DNA of 64,000 nt. It comes from Candidatus Poribacteria bacterium (GTDB taxonomy: Bacteria; Poribacteria; WGA-4E; WGA-3G). Every line of letters begins with the position of its first letter. Within the stretch, counting starts at the first letter, position 1. The position numbers and the translations under genes are program-made. The stretch is from assembly GCA_963663765.2 (NCBI GenBank), contig CAXXUA010000005.1, positions 864,001 through 928,000 on the forward strand. Direction: 5' to 3'. The notes under the pieces were generated by a model, which made no database searches, had not been told where the DNA came from, and saw only the letters and a list, made by a program, of their open reading frames with translations. This document shows positions 9,961-19,815 of this stretch, one piece after another.

Positions 9961-10809
9961 GTGAAATTTTCAAGAGTCCTCAGTATATTGGGAATAGTTT
10001 GTGTATTAGGTTTATTGCTTATTTTTGGAATACATCTGCAGGCACAGAATGAAGCCAAGGAAAAACTGATTGCGACAGAAAGCAATCAGCAAATGCAACG
10101 TTCCGCGCAGTTTCGCAACCGCCAACAAGGTTCAAACAAGAGCGGAGAAGGACGACAGCAGAATTGGGGTGGACAACAACGCCAACAGAACTGGGGTGGA
10201 CAACAACGTTCAAATGAGTCTAACTCCTCAGGTAGCACTGATTATTACCGCGTAATAGTGGACAACAATATATTTCGCCCTCTCGGTTGGAGACCCCCGA
10301 AAAGTGAACCTGAATATACTTTCATTGGCACATCTACCTCCGCTGACGGTTCTAAAGTGGAAGGATACATCTTGGAGAGACGTTCAAATAAGTTTTATAC
10401 CGCAGTGATCGGCGATAAAATCGGAGACGCAGTTGTTACAGACATCAAACAGAAGCAGATCTTATTAGACAAAGATGGAGAGGTGATTACCCTAAAAGCC
10501 GGAAATATGCAGTTTCTACAAGGCAGTAACTCTCGCGGCAGTTCATCCAGAGGAAACAACAGTAGAGATAACAACAGAGATGAAGATAGGAGAGCTTCCG
10601 AATCAAGTTCTTCTGATAGAAATAAAGCAGCTGCAGAAGCAAAAGCCAAAGAAGAAGCTGAACGGAGAGCCAGAGAAGAAATGAGGCGTAGATGGCAAGA
10701 AGGTATGAATAGATTCCGAAGTGCTTCTACTGAGCAACGTGAACGCATGATGCGTGAATACCGTGAACGTTCCAGAGGTGGTGATCGCCGCGGCGGTAGA
10801 GATCGTTAA
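9961..10809 (+). CDS. Membrane-anchored protein with a GspC/PilP-like beta domain and an Arg-rich helical tail
   Basis: N-terminal TM; NNIFRPLGW..YTFIGT..FYTAVIGDKIGDAVVTDIKQKQILL pattern; strong RBS TAAGGAG. Confidence 0.6.
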   Translation: MKFSRVLSILGIVCVLGLLLIFGIHLQAQNEAKEKLIATESNQQMQRSAQFRNRQQGSNKSGEGRQQNWGGQQRQQNWGGQQRSNESNSSGSTDYYRVIVDNNIFRPLGWRPPKSEPEYTFIGTSTSADGSKVEGYILERRSNKFYTAVIGDKIGDAVVTDIKQKQILLDKDGEVITLKAGNMQFLQGSNSRGSSSRGNNSRDNNRDEDRRASESSSSDRNKAAAEAKAKEEAERRAREEMRRRWQEGMNRFRSASTEQRERMMREYRERSRGGDRRGGRDR

Positions 10810-11009
10810 TATAACGTTACTATCATAATCTCCTTTTGTATTTAATCTAAAACAACCCTAACCCTATAAGTGACGTATGTCCTTATAGGGTTTGTTGTTA
10901 TTTTCCTATTTTGGACGTAAATAATATAAACATTATTAAAACGTTTGCGTCTATAGTAATTGATTTTTCGTGTTGAAAGTTCGTGTTGATAGATTGAAAG
11001 GAGAATAAT

Positions 11010-11807
11010 GTGAAAATTTCGAAGATTATAGTTTTTTTGGGAATCGGTTGCATCATAGGTCTGTTCCTTGTTTTTGGAGTTGGACTTCACGCAAAATATT
11101 CAGACAAAAAGGGAAGTACACAGGTAAAAGCAGAAGAACTGAAATCAGAAGCCATGTCTCATAATGGACAGTCTTCAACCCATCAACAAACATCCTATTG
11201 GAGTTCAAAGGAACCTTCAGAAAACATAGAATCCGATGATAACTCGGATTATTATCAGGTGATTGTTGACAATAACCTATTTCGACCACTTGGTTGGAAA
11301 CCACCACATGAAGAAACCGCATATACATTGATCGGTACTGCTATTGATCCGAATGGTAATCAATCGGAAGCATTTGTGTTGGAAAAAAGCAGTAATCAAT
11401 TCTATGTTGTCGGAATTGGTGAAACAGTCGGTGATATGGTCGTCACGGATATTGATCAGAAAGAGGTTAGTTTGGTTAGTTTGAACAATGATGGTGAAAC
11501 GATCACCCTTAGCAGTGGCAATGTGCAGTTCCTCAGCAATGATGGTGAACGCGGTTCACGTGATTCCAACCGCTCAGAGTCTTATCAGCGGAACGAAAGT
11601 AACAACGAAAAGTCCAGAAGATCGGCTGAAATCGCAGCTGAAAGGAAAAAGATACAACAAGTCTTGAATGAAAGAAAAAATCGGATAAAAGATATGTGGA
11701 GAAATGCTTCACGAGAGAAAAGAGAATCTTCTCGTTTCAGACGTGTAATTGAGAATGAAAAGAAAAAATATCAAGCACTTGAACGTAAATTAGAATCCAT
11801 TAAGTGA
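11010..11807 (+). CDS. Paralog of 9961..10809 (GspC/PilP-like domain)
   Basis: Shares YYxVIVDNNxFRPLGWxPP...GxVQFL; RBS AAGGAG. Confidence 0.6.
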   Translation: MKISKIIVFLGIGCIIGLFLVFGVGLHAKYSDKKGSTQVKAEELKSEAMSHNGQSSTHQQTSYWSSKEPSENIESDDNSDYYQVIVDNNLFRPLGWKPPHEETAYTLIGTAIDPNGNQSEAFVLEKSSNQFYVVGIGETVGDMVVTDIDQKEVSLVSLNNDGETITLSSGNVQFLSNDGERGSRDSNRSESYQRNESNNEKSRRSAEIAAERKKIQQVLNERKNRIKDMWRNASREKRESSRFRRVIENEKKKYQALERKLESIK

Positions 11808-11983
11808 TAAGTAAGTGCTACAAGGTTGATTCTGAAACATTTTTAGTTGATGTCGACAATCATCGGTAGATGCGATTAGAAACCGCATCTACCGATGATT
11901 GTTTTATTACCTCACAAGAGATAATAAAATCCTTGTGAGGTATTTTTATGCTGTAGGTTGTGTGACGGCTTCTAATCTGAGTG

Positions 11984-12802
11984 CTATGCGACGTTTTGCA
12001 CGTTTTCTGGCATGTTTTCCAGACGGGACAACCAATAACCGACATCATAGGACTCATCACCGATGAGGAAACGCCATAGTTTTATTCGGTTCACAATTTC
12101 AAGTCGCACATCATTTCCGTACCATCTGTGATTCCTGCTTAAAATGCCGCGGACGCCAGTAGTATCCAAGTCATCTGTATTCCAAAGTTTAAGTTGGCGT
12201 ACAGTTGGGTTTAGACGTAATTTGAACATATACCGTGTTTGGTCGGTAAGGTTCGGTTGTGCGCAGTGCCACATCCCGTGATGGACGACAAGGAGTGTGC
12301 CGGCATTACAAACGACTGCATGTTGACTGAGGAAGTTTTGATAGCGTGCGATGTCAGTCTCACAGACACGTCTGAAATGGCTGCCGGGTAAGATCATAGT
12401 GCCGCCCATTTCTCGGGGTGTGTCGTGTGAAAAATAGAAGAACTGAATATCAAAGTGCATGCGTAAGTCAATGATTGCATCCGCGTGCCATATTTGTCCG
12501 ATGTCACTATTTGGACGGACGATGTGCACAGCATGATGGTCGTATAAGGGTTTTTCACCGACAAGACTTTGGATAATGCCTTGTACTTTTGGTAATCGGA
12601 AAACATTTCCGACTGCGGACTCTTCTCCCCACACATCATCTAAGACGGTTCCACCGCCACCGCGCGTTGACACCCCTGAAGCCATTTCCTCATGTGCGGC
12701 TTTATTGTGTTCATCAGGGATAAAGTCATCAAAGCGAAGGTAGCCATCAGCTACGAAACTCGCCATCTGTTCTGTTGTTAGGAGATGTTGTTTATCAACC
12801 AT
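11984..12802 (-). CDS. Phytanoyl-CoA dioxygenase (PhyH) family protein
   Basis: WHAD, MGGTMILPGSH, MWHCA and RYMFKLR motifs. Confidence 0.9.
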   Translation of the reverse strand: MVDKQHLLTTEQMASFVADGYLRFDDFIPDEHNKAAHEEMASGVSTRGGGGTVLDDVWGEESAVGNVFRLPKVQGIIQSLVGEKPLYDHHAVHIVRPNSDIGQIWHADAIIDLRMHFDIQFFYFSHDTPREMGGTMILPGSHFRRVCETDIARYQNFLSQHAVVCNAGTLLVVHHGMWHCAQPNLTDQTRYMFKLRLNPTVRQLKLWNTDDLDTTGVRGILSRNHRWYGNDVRLEIVNRIKLWRFLIGDESYDVGYWLSRLENMPENVQNVA

Positions 12803-13077
12803 TAGATTTCCTCCATTTTCTCTAAGATATATTCAAATCTTAGATATGAAGTGTGATACTCCATACCGGGAAAAGCGGGGAATTGTTGTGGAAATTGTAT
12901 AACCCGCCACCCATCCTGCATTGCTTCCACAACGGAGTTATAGGGTGGGGCATCACTATCCCCAGTGGTATAACGTTTATTGCCAGTGCCGTCGTACATT
13001 GCCCATGCGACGACGTGGCTGTTTAGGTCTGGTGTGTGTAAATGTAACACCAGAAGTTGCTGTCTTAATTCAGCCAT
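12802..13077 (-). CDS. Small hypothetical protein translationally coupled to the PhyH gene
   Basis: TAATG stop-start overlap with GGAGG RBS for the downstream gene; globular 91-aa sequence. Confidence 0.75.
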   Translation of the reverse strand: MAELRQQLLVLHLHTPDLNSHVVAWAMYDGTGNKRYTTGDSDAPPYNSVVEAMQDGWRVIQFPQQFPAFPGMEYHTSYLRFEYILEKMEEI

Positions 13078-13134
13078 ATAGTGTATCTGCCTTTCTGTTA
13101 TAAAAGCAGTGATGTTGTAAAATATTTATTAGGA

Positions 13135-13246
13135 CAAGACTTATGTATTTCCTCTTAAAGTCACTTTGATAAGAGGAGGTTAAATAACTAATATAACGAT
13201 TTGTTAACCCCCTACCCCTTTATCAAGGAGGAATGCGTAAGTCATG
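13135..13246. mobile_element. MITE, CAGGACTTACGCA-end family (degenerate), 5-bp TSD TAGGA
   Basis: TAGGA-CAAGACTTATGTA ... TGCGTAAGTCATG-TAGGA. Confidence 0.7.
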
Positions 13247-13252
13247 TAGGAA

Positions 13253-14545
13253 TTAGATCACTGTATCGGGAGGGATTGTAGCGTCTTTTGGTACGATAAC
13301 GATCCCGTCCCGAATATAATAGTTGTCTGCATCATAATTGTCAAGGTTTTTTGTATTTGCGATGACGGCATTATCCCCGATTCGTGCGTTTTTGTCAATA
13401 ATTGCGTTTTGAATGAGGCATTTATTTCCGATGCCGACATTTGGTATACCGTTTAGTTTGTTCTCTGCACGTAGTGTATCGGACTCATAGAAATCAGCGC
13501 CCATGAGGACAGATTGGTAAATACGACTTCCGTTTGCGATGCTGCTGCGTATGCCGACGATAGTTCTGTCGATTTCCGAGTCGTCAATGATGGATCCTTC
13601 TGCGAGGATAGAAGAGCGTATACTACTGCTGTTGACTTTTGTGCTGGGTAAATGCCTTCTGTTTGTGTATATTGGTGCTTGCTCATTGTAAAAGTTGAAT
13701 TCTGGTGAGACATCGGTAAGTGCGATGTTAGCAGCGTAAAAAGCTCGGATGGTACCTATGTCTTCCCAGTATCCATCAAAGAAGTATGCGGAGACTTTGC
13801 ATGCTTTAATGCACTTTGGTAGAATATCTCTGCCGAAGTCCACATTGGTATCATCTTGTAAGACATCCTTTAAGATTTTCCTGTTGAAGATATAGATTCC
13901 CATAGAAGCGATATATTCTCTCTGTTTTGGGTCAATCCCACGTGAAATAAACACCTCGGGTTCAACCCGTAGTTGTTGTAATTCTTCCTCAGTCTGCGGT
14001 TTTTCAATAAAATCTGTGATTTGTCCGTTTGCATCAGTTTGGAGTATTCCGAGTCCGTTTGTAGCTTCTTTGTTGACAGGAATGACAGAAACGGTGATGT
14101 CTGCGTTGGTTTCGGTGTGAACGGCAAGCATTTTTTGATAATCCATCCGATAGAGATGGTCGCCAGCGAGGATAAGTACGTATTCGTCTGAGAACCGTGG
14201 ATTTAGGATATATGGTTGATTGTGTTTGACTGCGTCTGCGGTTCCTTGATACCATTCATCACCCATTAGTGTTTGTTGTGCTGCCAAGATCTGCACGAAC
14301 CCGCTGCGGTAGCTATCAAATCGGTAAGCTTGTGCGATGTGTCTGTTTAGCGATACGGAGTTAAATTGCGTGAGCACATATATTTTATCCAATCCTGAGT
14401 GTAGGCAGTTGCTAATGGGTATGTCTACGAGTCTGAATTTTCCTGCGATTGGAACACTGGGTTTTGCGCGGTCGCGTGTGAGTGGAAATAGACGTGTGCC
14501 GCGACCACCTCCGAGTATAACAGCGATGACGTTTCCTGTGCTCAT
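13253..14545 (-). CDS. glgC: Glucose-1-phosphate adenylyltransferase
   Basis: ILGGGRGTRLFPLT..RAKPSVP, WYQGTADAV and YWEDIGTI motifs. Confidence 0.97.
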   Translation of the reverse strand: MSTGNVIAVILGGGRGTRLFPLTRDRAKPSVPIAGKFRLVDIPISNCLHSGLDKIYVLTQFNSVSLNRHIAQAYRFDSYRSGFVQILAAQQTLMGDEWYQGTADAVKHNQPYILNPRFSDEYVLILAGDHLYRMDYQKMLAVHTETNADITVSVIPVNKEATNGLGILQTDANGQITDFIEKPQTEEELQQLRVEPEVFISRGIDPKQREYIASMGIYIFNRKILKDVLQDDTNVDFGRDILPKCIKACKVSAYFFDGYWEDIGTIRAFYAANIALTDVSPEFNFYNEQAPIYTNRRHLPSTKVNSSSIRSSILAEGSIIDDSEIDRTIVGIRSSIANGSRIYQSVLMGADFYESDTLRAENKLNGIPNVGIGNKCLIQNAIIDKNARIGDNAVIANTKNLDNYDADNYYIRDGIVIVPKDATIPPDTVI

Positions 14546-14642
14546 TTAGTTCTCCTATGTTGTGAATTCGGTTTTTTATGAGGTGTGTATTGGACTTAAG
14601 GCGTTTTTTGAACTCAAATAATTAGATGAAATATTTTATACA

Positions 14643-14830
14643 CATATCGTTCCTACGGAACTCAAGAGAAAGGCGAAGATAGGTATTTCTATAAACATAT
14701 CGTCCCTACGGGACTACGAGTTCAAATTAACGTTGAATGTATATATAATAGCATTCAGTGGGTTGAAAACCCCTCAAACAAGAGGAAGTAGATGTCAAAA
14801 ATCGGGGTTACAAATCCCTTCCACAAGAGG
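14643..14830. repeat. Cluster of REP hairpins
   Basis: CATATCGTTCCTACGGAAC, CATATCGTCCCTACGGGAC and GGGTTGAAAACCCCTC copies, also seen at 18.6k, 42.4k and 47k. Confidence 0.7.
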
Positions 14831-14865
14831 TAAATCAGCTGATCATGGTTTGTGAGTTCGGTATT

Positions 14866-15486
14866 CTATAAACTTCCTTTGGTTGATTGGACACCTGTGA
14901 TGCGATTGTCCGTTTGTGTTGCGATGTCTAATGCTTTTGCGACTGCCTTAAAGATTGCTTCAATGATGTGATGCTGGTTTGTGCCATAGGGAACATTTAT
15001 GTGTAATGTTGTACCGCTGTGGTTGACGAATCCATGGAAGAATTCCTCTGTAAGTTCAATGTCAAATTCCCCGACTTTGCCGAATTCAAGTGGTGTTTTA
15101 TAGTGTAGAAAGGGTCGTCCGCAGATGTCCAGATCAACTTTTGCGAGTGCTTCGTACATAGAGACGGTGAAACTTCCGAAGCGGACCATTCCAGTTTTGT
15201 CACCGACTGCTTGATGGAATGCTTGTCCTAAACAGATTCCGACATCTTCGGTTGTGTGATGTGCGTCAACATGTAGGTCTCCTTTTGCTTGTACTTCCAG
15301 GTCGAAGAACCCGTGTTTTGCGAAGAGTTCTAACATGTGGTCTAAGAATCCAACACCTGTGTCAATTTTGGAATTTCCGTTTCCATCAAGGTTTAGACTG
15401 AGTTGTATTTGAGTTTCTTTTGTTTCTCTTGAGATTTGTGCTTTTCTTTTCATTTGAGTTTTTGCCATTTGAGTCTTGGCGTCCAA
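14866..15486 (-). CDS. hisB: Imidazoleglycerol-phosphate dehydratase (true start probably an internal Met, 15468 or 15453)
   Basis: [23 protein letters not shown] and [12 protein letters not shown] motifs; ends STKGSL. Confidence 0.97.
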   Translation of the reverse strand: MDAKTQMAKTQMKRKAQISRETKETQIQLSLNLDGNGNSKIDTGVGFLDHMLELFAKHGFFDLEVQAKGDLHVDAHHTTEDVGICLGQAFHQAVGDKTGMVRFGSFTVSMYEALAKVDLDICGRPFLHYKTPLEFGKVGEFDIELTEEFFHGFVNHSGTTLHINVPYGTNQHHIIEAIFKAVAKALDIATQTDNRITGVQSTKGSL

Positions 15487-15608
15487 TCTATTGGGTTTAA
15501 ATCAGTTGTTTCCGTTTAAGTGATTTCAATTTGGTTTCAATCTAATCAATTATACGTTGTAATAGTTGTTTTCGTAACGACATAGTATAAATCTGGCACA
15601 TTATTTGA

Positions 15609-18221
15609 TTATGCCCAGGTGATGAGTCCGAGATCGTAGATAGATTGTAAGTCCTCGTGGTGTGGTAATACACGTAGTGTGTATCCGTGCAGTCCCGTTT
15701 GATTTAGTGTGAGTTGTGCTTCGAAGAGGAATTTTCCATTAGCGATGTTTTCTTTGTATTCCATTTGTGTTACGTTTCCGTTTTGGATTTCCCCTGTTGC
15801 TTGCACTACACCGTGATAGATTTGGACCGCGAGTTCGTTTGGGAAAAACGTATCGGTATGAACAACCGCTTGGATTGTAATTGATTCACCGACAGCGTGT
15901 GCGTGAACATTTTTTTGTGATGTCTCTGTTTTTTCGTTAGTTGTTCGTTCGTCAATTTTTAAGTTATTCCAATGTTTTTGTATGTTTGCTTTCCAGTTTG
16001 CGAGAGCGATGCTGCGTTGTGCGTTATCGTTGTTTAGTTTTGTCCATCTTTTGTGTGCGGGAAAATAGAGGCGTTCAGCATATTCTGCGACCATTCGTTT
16101 TGTGTTGAAGACGGGTGCGAGTAGTTGCATTGCGAATTTCATCTTTGCGACCCAACCGTAGGGTATATCATCAACTGGGTGTCGGTCATAGAACAGGGGT
16201 ACAACTTCGTTTTCGAGCAGGTCATAGATAGCGTTTGCGTGTGCTTTATTAATCGCTTTTTGGTCTTCAGCTTCTGGAGTTGCGTCAATAGTCCATCCAC
16301 CGCCGAGTTTTTCGGCTTCAGCCCACCACCCATCAGACATACTGAGATTGAGTGCGCCGTTTGCGGCTGCTTTCATTCCGCTTGTGCCACTTGCTTCGTT
16401 GGGAGGCATAGGTGTGTTTAGCCATACATCAACGCCTTCAACGAGGTAGCGTCCGACACAGATGTCATAATTTTCTATGAATAGGATTTTATGACGGAAG
16501 CGTGATTCTGCGGCGATGCGGTGTATATGTTGAATTAGGACTTTACCTTCATAATCGTGAGGGTGTGCTTTACCTGCGAAGATGAGTTGCACGGGTCTCT
16601 CTGTGTCGTTGAGAATTTTTTCGAGTCGGTCAAGGTCGTTGAAGAGGAGTGTTGCGCGTTTATATGTTGCGAATCTTCGTGCAAAACCGATTGTGAGAGC
16701 TTCGGGATTTAGTATTTTTGCAGTTGCCCCTGTTTCTTGATGTGTTTCCTGTTTTGTGAGGCTATGCTCTGCCTGTTTTCGGCGTTTTTGGCTTTGTCGG
16801 TGTAATGCGAAAGCGATGAGTCGTTCGCGTCGGCGTTCATGCGTTCTCCACAGTTCTGTATCTGGAATATGTGATATTTGTGTCCAGACATCTTGGTTTG
16901 TGAGGTCAACGATCCATTTTGGACCGAGGTATCTGTTGAATAGGCTTTGCATATCTTCAGACACCCAGGAACGTGTATGTATTCCGTTTGTGATTGCTTT
17001 GATTGGGACTTCATGGATGGGAAGATTGTTCCAGAGTGCGTTCCACATTTTTCGTGAGACTTGTCCGTGTAATTGGCTGACTGCGTTTGACATTGTTGAG
17101 AGTCGTAGTGCGACTAATGCGGGACTGAATTCGCTGGTGTTATCGTTAGGATTTTTTCTTCCTAATCCGAGGAATTTTTCTTCAGAGATTGCGAGTCCGC
17201 TCAAGTAATTTTTAAAATAATGCATGACTAAATCGGGTGGAAACCAATCAATGCCTGCGGGGACTGGTGTGTGTGTAGTGAAGATATTGCCTGCGGTTGT
17301 TGCTTCTCGTGCCTCGTCGAACGTTATGTCAGTATCATCCATCAGTTGTCGTATTCGTTCAAGAGCTAAGAATGCTGCGTGTCCTTCGTTCATGTGGCAG
17401 ACGGTGGGTTTAATTCCGATTTCGGACAAAACCTTGTATCCGCCGATTCCGAGTAGTATTTCTTGTTTGATTCGCATGCGTTCGTCGCCGCCGTAGAGGT
17501 AATCTGTGATGTCGCGTAGTCCGGTATTCTGGTTTTCAGGAATATTTGTGTCCAATAGGTATAGTGAGGTGCGTCCGACTTGTGCGCGCCAGACTTTTGC
17601 GATTGCTTTTCCTTCAGGGTACTCAACTTCAATCAGAAGTTGGCTACCATCTGGTTTCAGTTCAGGTTTAATTGGCATGTTGTAAAAGTCATTTGTTGGG
17701 TAATCAGCCATTTGCCATCCGTCTGATGTTAGCGTTTGGCGGAAGTATCCGTGTTGATAGAGTAGACCGACACCGACAAAGGGCAGTCCGAGGTAGCTGG
17801 TGGATTTTAGGTGGTCACCTGCTAAGACGCCGAGTCCGCCTGAGTAGAGTGGCATGCATTCAGTCAATCCGAATTCCATTGAAAAGTATGCGATTTTTAT
17901 ATTCTCCAGAGATTTTTCTTGAGCATAATTTTCGAACCACGATGGTGAAGTTAGGTATGCTTTAAACTTGTTGTGTATGACATCAAGGTGTGCTAAAAAG
18001 ACTTCGTTTTGTGCGGCGGTTTGTAGTTTTTCCTGTGAGATTTTTCCGAGCATTGCGATGGGATTGTGGTATGTTTCTTCCCAGAGTTCAGCGTCGAGGT
18101 GTCGAAAGAGGCTGAGTGCGTCGTTGTCCCATGTCCACCACAAGTTTAATGCCAATTCCCGCAAGGGTTCAAGATTTTTTGGGAGTGTTGGCACTACGGA
18201 TAATTGGCGAATTGGCTTCAT
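15609..18221 (-). CDS. glgP: Alpha-glucan (glycogen) phosphorylase
   Basis: YSGGLGVLAGD, HMNEGH, GFARRFATYKRA and EASGTSGMKAA motifs. Confidence 0.96.
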   Translation of the reverse strand: MKPIRQLSVVPTLPKNLEPLRELALNLWWTWDNDALSLFRHLDAELWEETYHNPIAMLGKISQEKLQTAAQNEVFLAHLDVIHNKFKAYLTSPSWFENYAQEKSLENIKIAYFSMEFGLTECMPLYSGGLGVLAGDHLKSTSYLGLPFVGVGLLYQHGYFRQTLTSDGWQMADYPTNDFYNMPIKPELKPDGSQLLIEVEYPEGKAIAKVWRAQVGRTSLYLLDTNIPENQNTGLRDITDYLYGGDERMRIKQEILLGIGGYKVLSEIGIKPTVCHMNEGHAAFLALERIRQLMDDTDITFDEAREATTAGNIFTTHTPVPAGIDWFPPDLVMHYFKNYLSGLAISEEKFLGLGRKNPNDNTSEFSPALVALRLSTMSNAVSQLHGQVSRKMWNALWNNLPIHEVPIKAITNGIHTRSWVSEDMQSLFNRYLGPKWIVDLTNQDVWTQISHIPDTELWRTHERRRERLIAFALHRQSQKRRKQAEHSLTKQETHQETGATAKILNPEALTIGFARRFATYKRATLLFNDLDRLEKILNDTERPVQLIFAGKAHPHDYEGKVLIQHIHRIAAESRFRHKILFIENYDICVGRYLVEGVDVWLNTPMPPNEASGTSGMKAAANGALNLSMSDGWWAEAEKLGGGWTIDATPEAEDQKAINKAHANAIYDLLENEVVPLFYDRHPVDDIPYGWVAKMKFAMQLLAPVFNTKRMVAEYAERLYFPAHKRWTKLNNDNAQRSIALANWKANIQKHWNNLKIDERTTNEKTETSQKNVHAHAVGESITIQAVVHTDTFFPNELAVQIYHGVVQATGEIQNGNVTQMEYKENIANGKFLFEAQLTLNQTGLHGYTLRVLPHHEDLQSIYDLGLITWA

Positions 18222-18454
18222 TCTGCGGCGTTCTCCCAGTTTGTGATTGTTGCGATCTTATTTAGCATGAAATATGTTGCTCTTTTTCGTTTTTCTATGT
18301 TGAGTTTTCCTTCTCGTGCTAACCATCCGATGCCGAGGAGGACCATTCGTTCGGTTTTCCTCAGTTCTTTTGTTAGTTTTCCGATTGATGCTTCGTCATT
18401 TTTTTCAAGGTACTTCCAGATTTCACCTGCTGTTTTTCCGATTTCGTCAAACAT
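18218..18454 (-). CDS. Winged helix-turn-helix protein (DUF2582-like)
   Basis: IGKTAGEIWKYL...LGIGWLAREGK; GGAGGG RBS; ATGA overlap with glgP. Confidence 0.85.
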   Translation of the reverse strand: MFDEIGKTAGEIWKYLEKNDEASIGKLTKELRKTERMVLLGIGWLAREGKLNIEKRKRATYFMLNKIATITNWENAAE

Positions 18455-18539
18455 TTTTCCCTCCAGTTGAAGTGTGATTTTTGTGCATGTTTCTATTGTA
18501 ATTATACTTTTATTTAGATGTTGTGTCAAAGATTTATAG

Positions 18540-18947
18540 CAAGGTTATTTAGTTTTCTATATTTTTCATAGTATTTTGTTATACCGTTAATATTTTGTAA
18601 TACCATCTTGTCCATGTCTTTAGTTCCGTAGGAACGATATGTTTATAGAAAATGTTTTCAACACCAATAGAGTTCCGTAGGAACGATATGTTTATAGAAA
18701 ATGTTTTCAACACCAATAGAGTTCCGTAGGAACGACATAGAAGAATACACATATCGTCCTTATGGGACTAAAGACATGGGGAGGGTAATCGTTATCTATA
18801 AGCATATCGTCCTTACGGGACTAAAGAGCGATATTCAGTTTTCAATAAATTAATATTGATGCGTAAAATTCGGTTAGGAAACCGAACCTGGGTATTAACT
18901 TTCAGTAAATCTCAAGAACAGAAAACTCTTAAAACTGAATAACCCTG
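18540..18947. mobile_element. MITE with CAGGGTTATT ends (ISAs1-like), carrying REPs
   Basis: TIR CA(A/G)GGTTATT(T/C)AGTTTT; flanks GATTTATAG/AATTTATAG; inverted homolog of 46744-47209; internal 49-bp tandem at 18622, 18671 and 18720. Confidence 0.82.
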
Positions 18948-18994
18948 AATTTATAGGTGTGTCATAGTTTTTTGTTTGGTTCTCGTGTTTTTTG

Positions 18995-19560
18995 CGGAAT
19001 CGCAGATTACGCGGATAAGATATTTGCATTAGGTTTTTTGGCTAGTTTTTTTATCTGAACCAGGATTTCCAGGATTTACAGATTTTCAGGATAAGACCTC
19101 TGTATTAGGTTTTTTTGCTTGTTTTTTACTCTGAACCAGGATTTACAAATCAACGGCATGAATGCTATAAAGCATTCCCAGGTATTTACAGATTTTCAGG
19201 ATAAGACCTCTGCATTAGGTTTTTTTGCTTGTTTTTTGTCTGAACCAGGATTTACAGGATTTACAGGATTTACAGATTTTCAGGATAAGACATTTGCATT
19301 AGGTTTTTTTGCATAGAATAAGCATTTTCTTATACCATTTTCATGTGATAATGTCTCATTATCACATGAAAATGGTATTATAATTGGTGTGGGGTGCGGA
19401 TGGGAGATTATGTGGGGATGAGGACAAGGGTTTTCTAATAGATATACATTGGATTTGGGGGATTGTCTGAATCTGGATTGCGGATTCTGTCTGAACCGGG
19501 ATTTACAGGATTTACAGGATTTACAGATTTTCAGGATTTACTTCATCAAGGATTTTTGAT
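18995..19560 (+). repeat. Degenerate repeats built on TCTGAACCAGGATTTA and 9-bp CAGGATTTA units
   Basis: Blocks at about 19054, 19130, 19239 and 19490. Confidence 0.75.
19333..19377. mobile_element. 45-bp perfect-hairpin mini-element of the TACCA family with TTA duplication
   Basis: 21-bp arms TACCATTTTCATGTGATAATG, 3-nt loop, TTA on both sides. Confidence 0.75.
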
Positions 19561-19588
19561 GTGTGCATTTCGCGTCATACATGATTCA

Positions 19589-19647
19589 GAAATCGGGGTT
19601 GAAAACCCCTCCCACAAGAGGTCAATATCCTTAGATTGACGTTTATG
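19589..19647. mobile_element. Partial copy (one end) of the 142-bp CATA...TATG element next to a REP
   Basis: AATCGGGGTTGAAAACCCCTCCCACAAGAGGTCAATATCCTTAGATTGACGTTTATG matches about 45503-45558. Confidence 0.7.
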
Positions 19648-19815
19648 GTGGGGTTAGGAAACCGTACCTACCTTTGAAAAAAGATAAAATTCCGTTAATT
19701 GGTATAAATCCTGTTCAGGAAAATCCCAAAGTAATAGGACGGTTGAATTTTCTAACCGAGTCAGACCATCGTTTAGAAGATTGATTGAGATTGTTGGGAA
19801 GATGGAACGAAACTA

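Noticed and set aside
15451-15480. KTQM duplication at the HisB N-terminus
   Set aside because: A 15-bp tandem duplication at or before the likely start; no functional implication can be supported.
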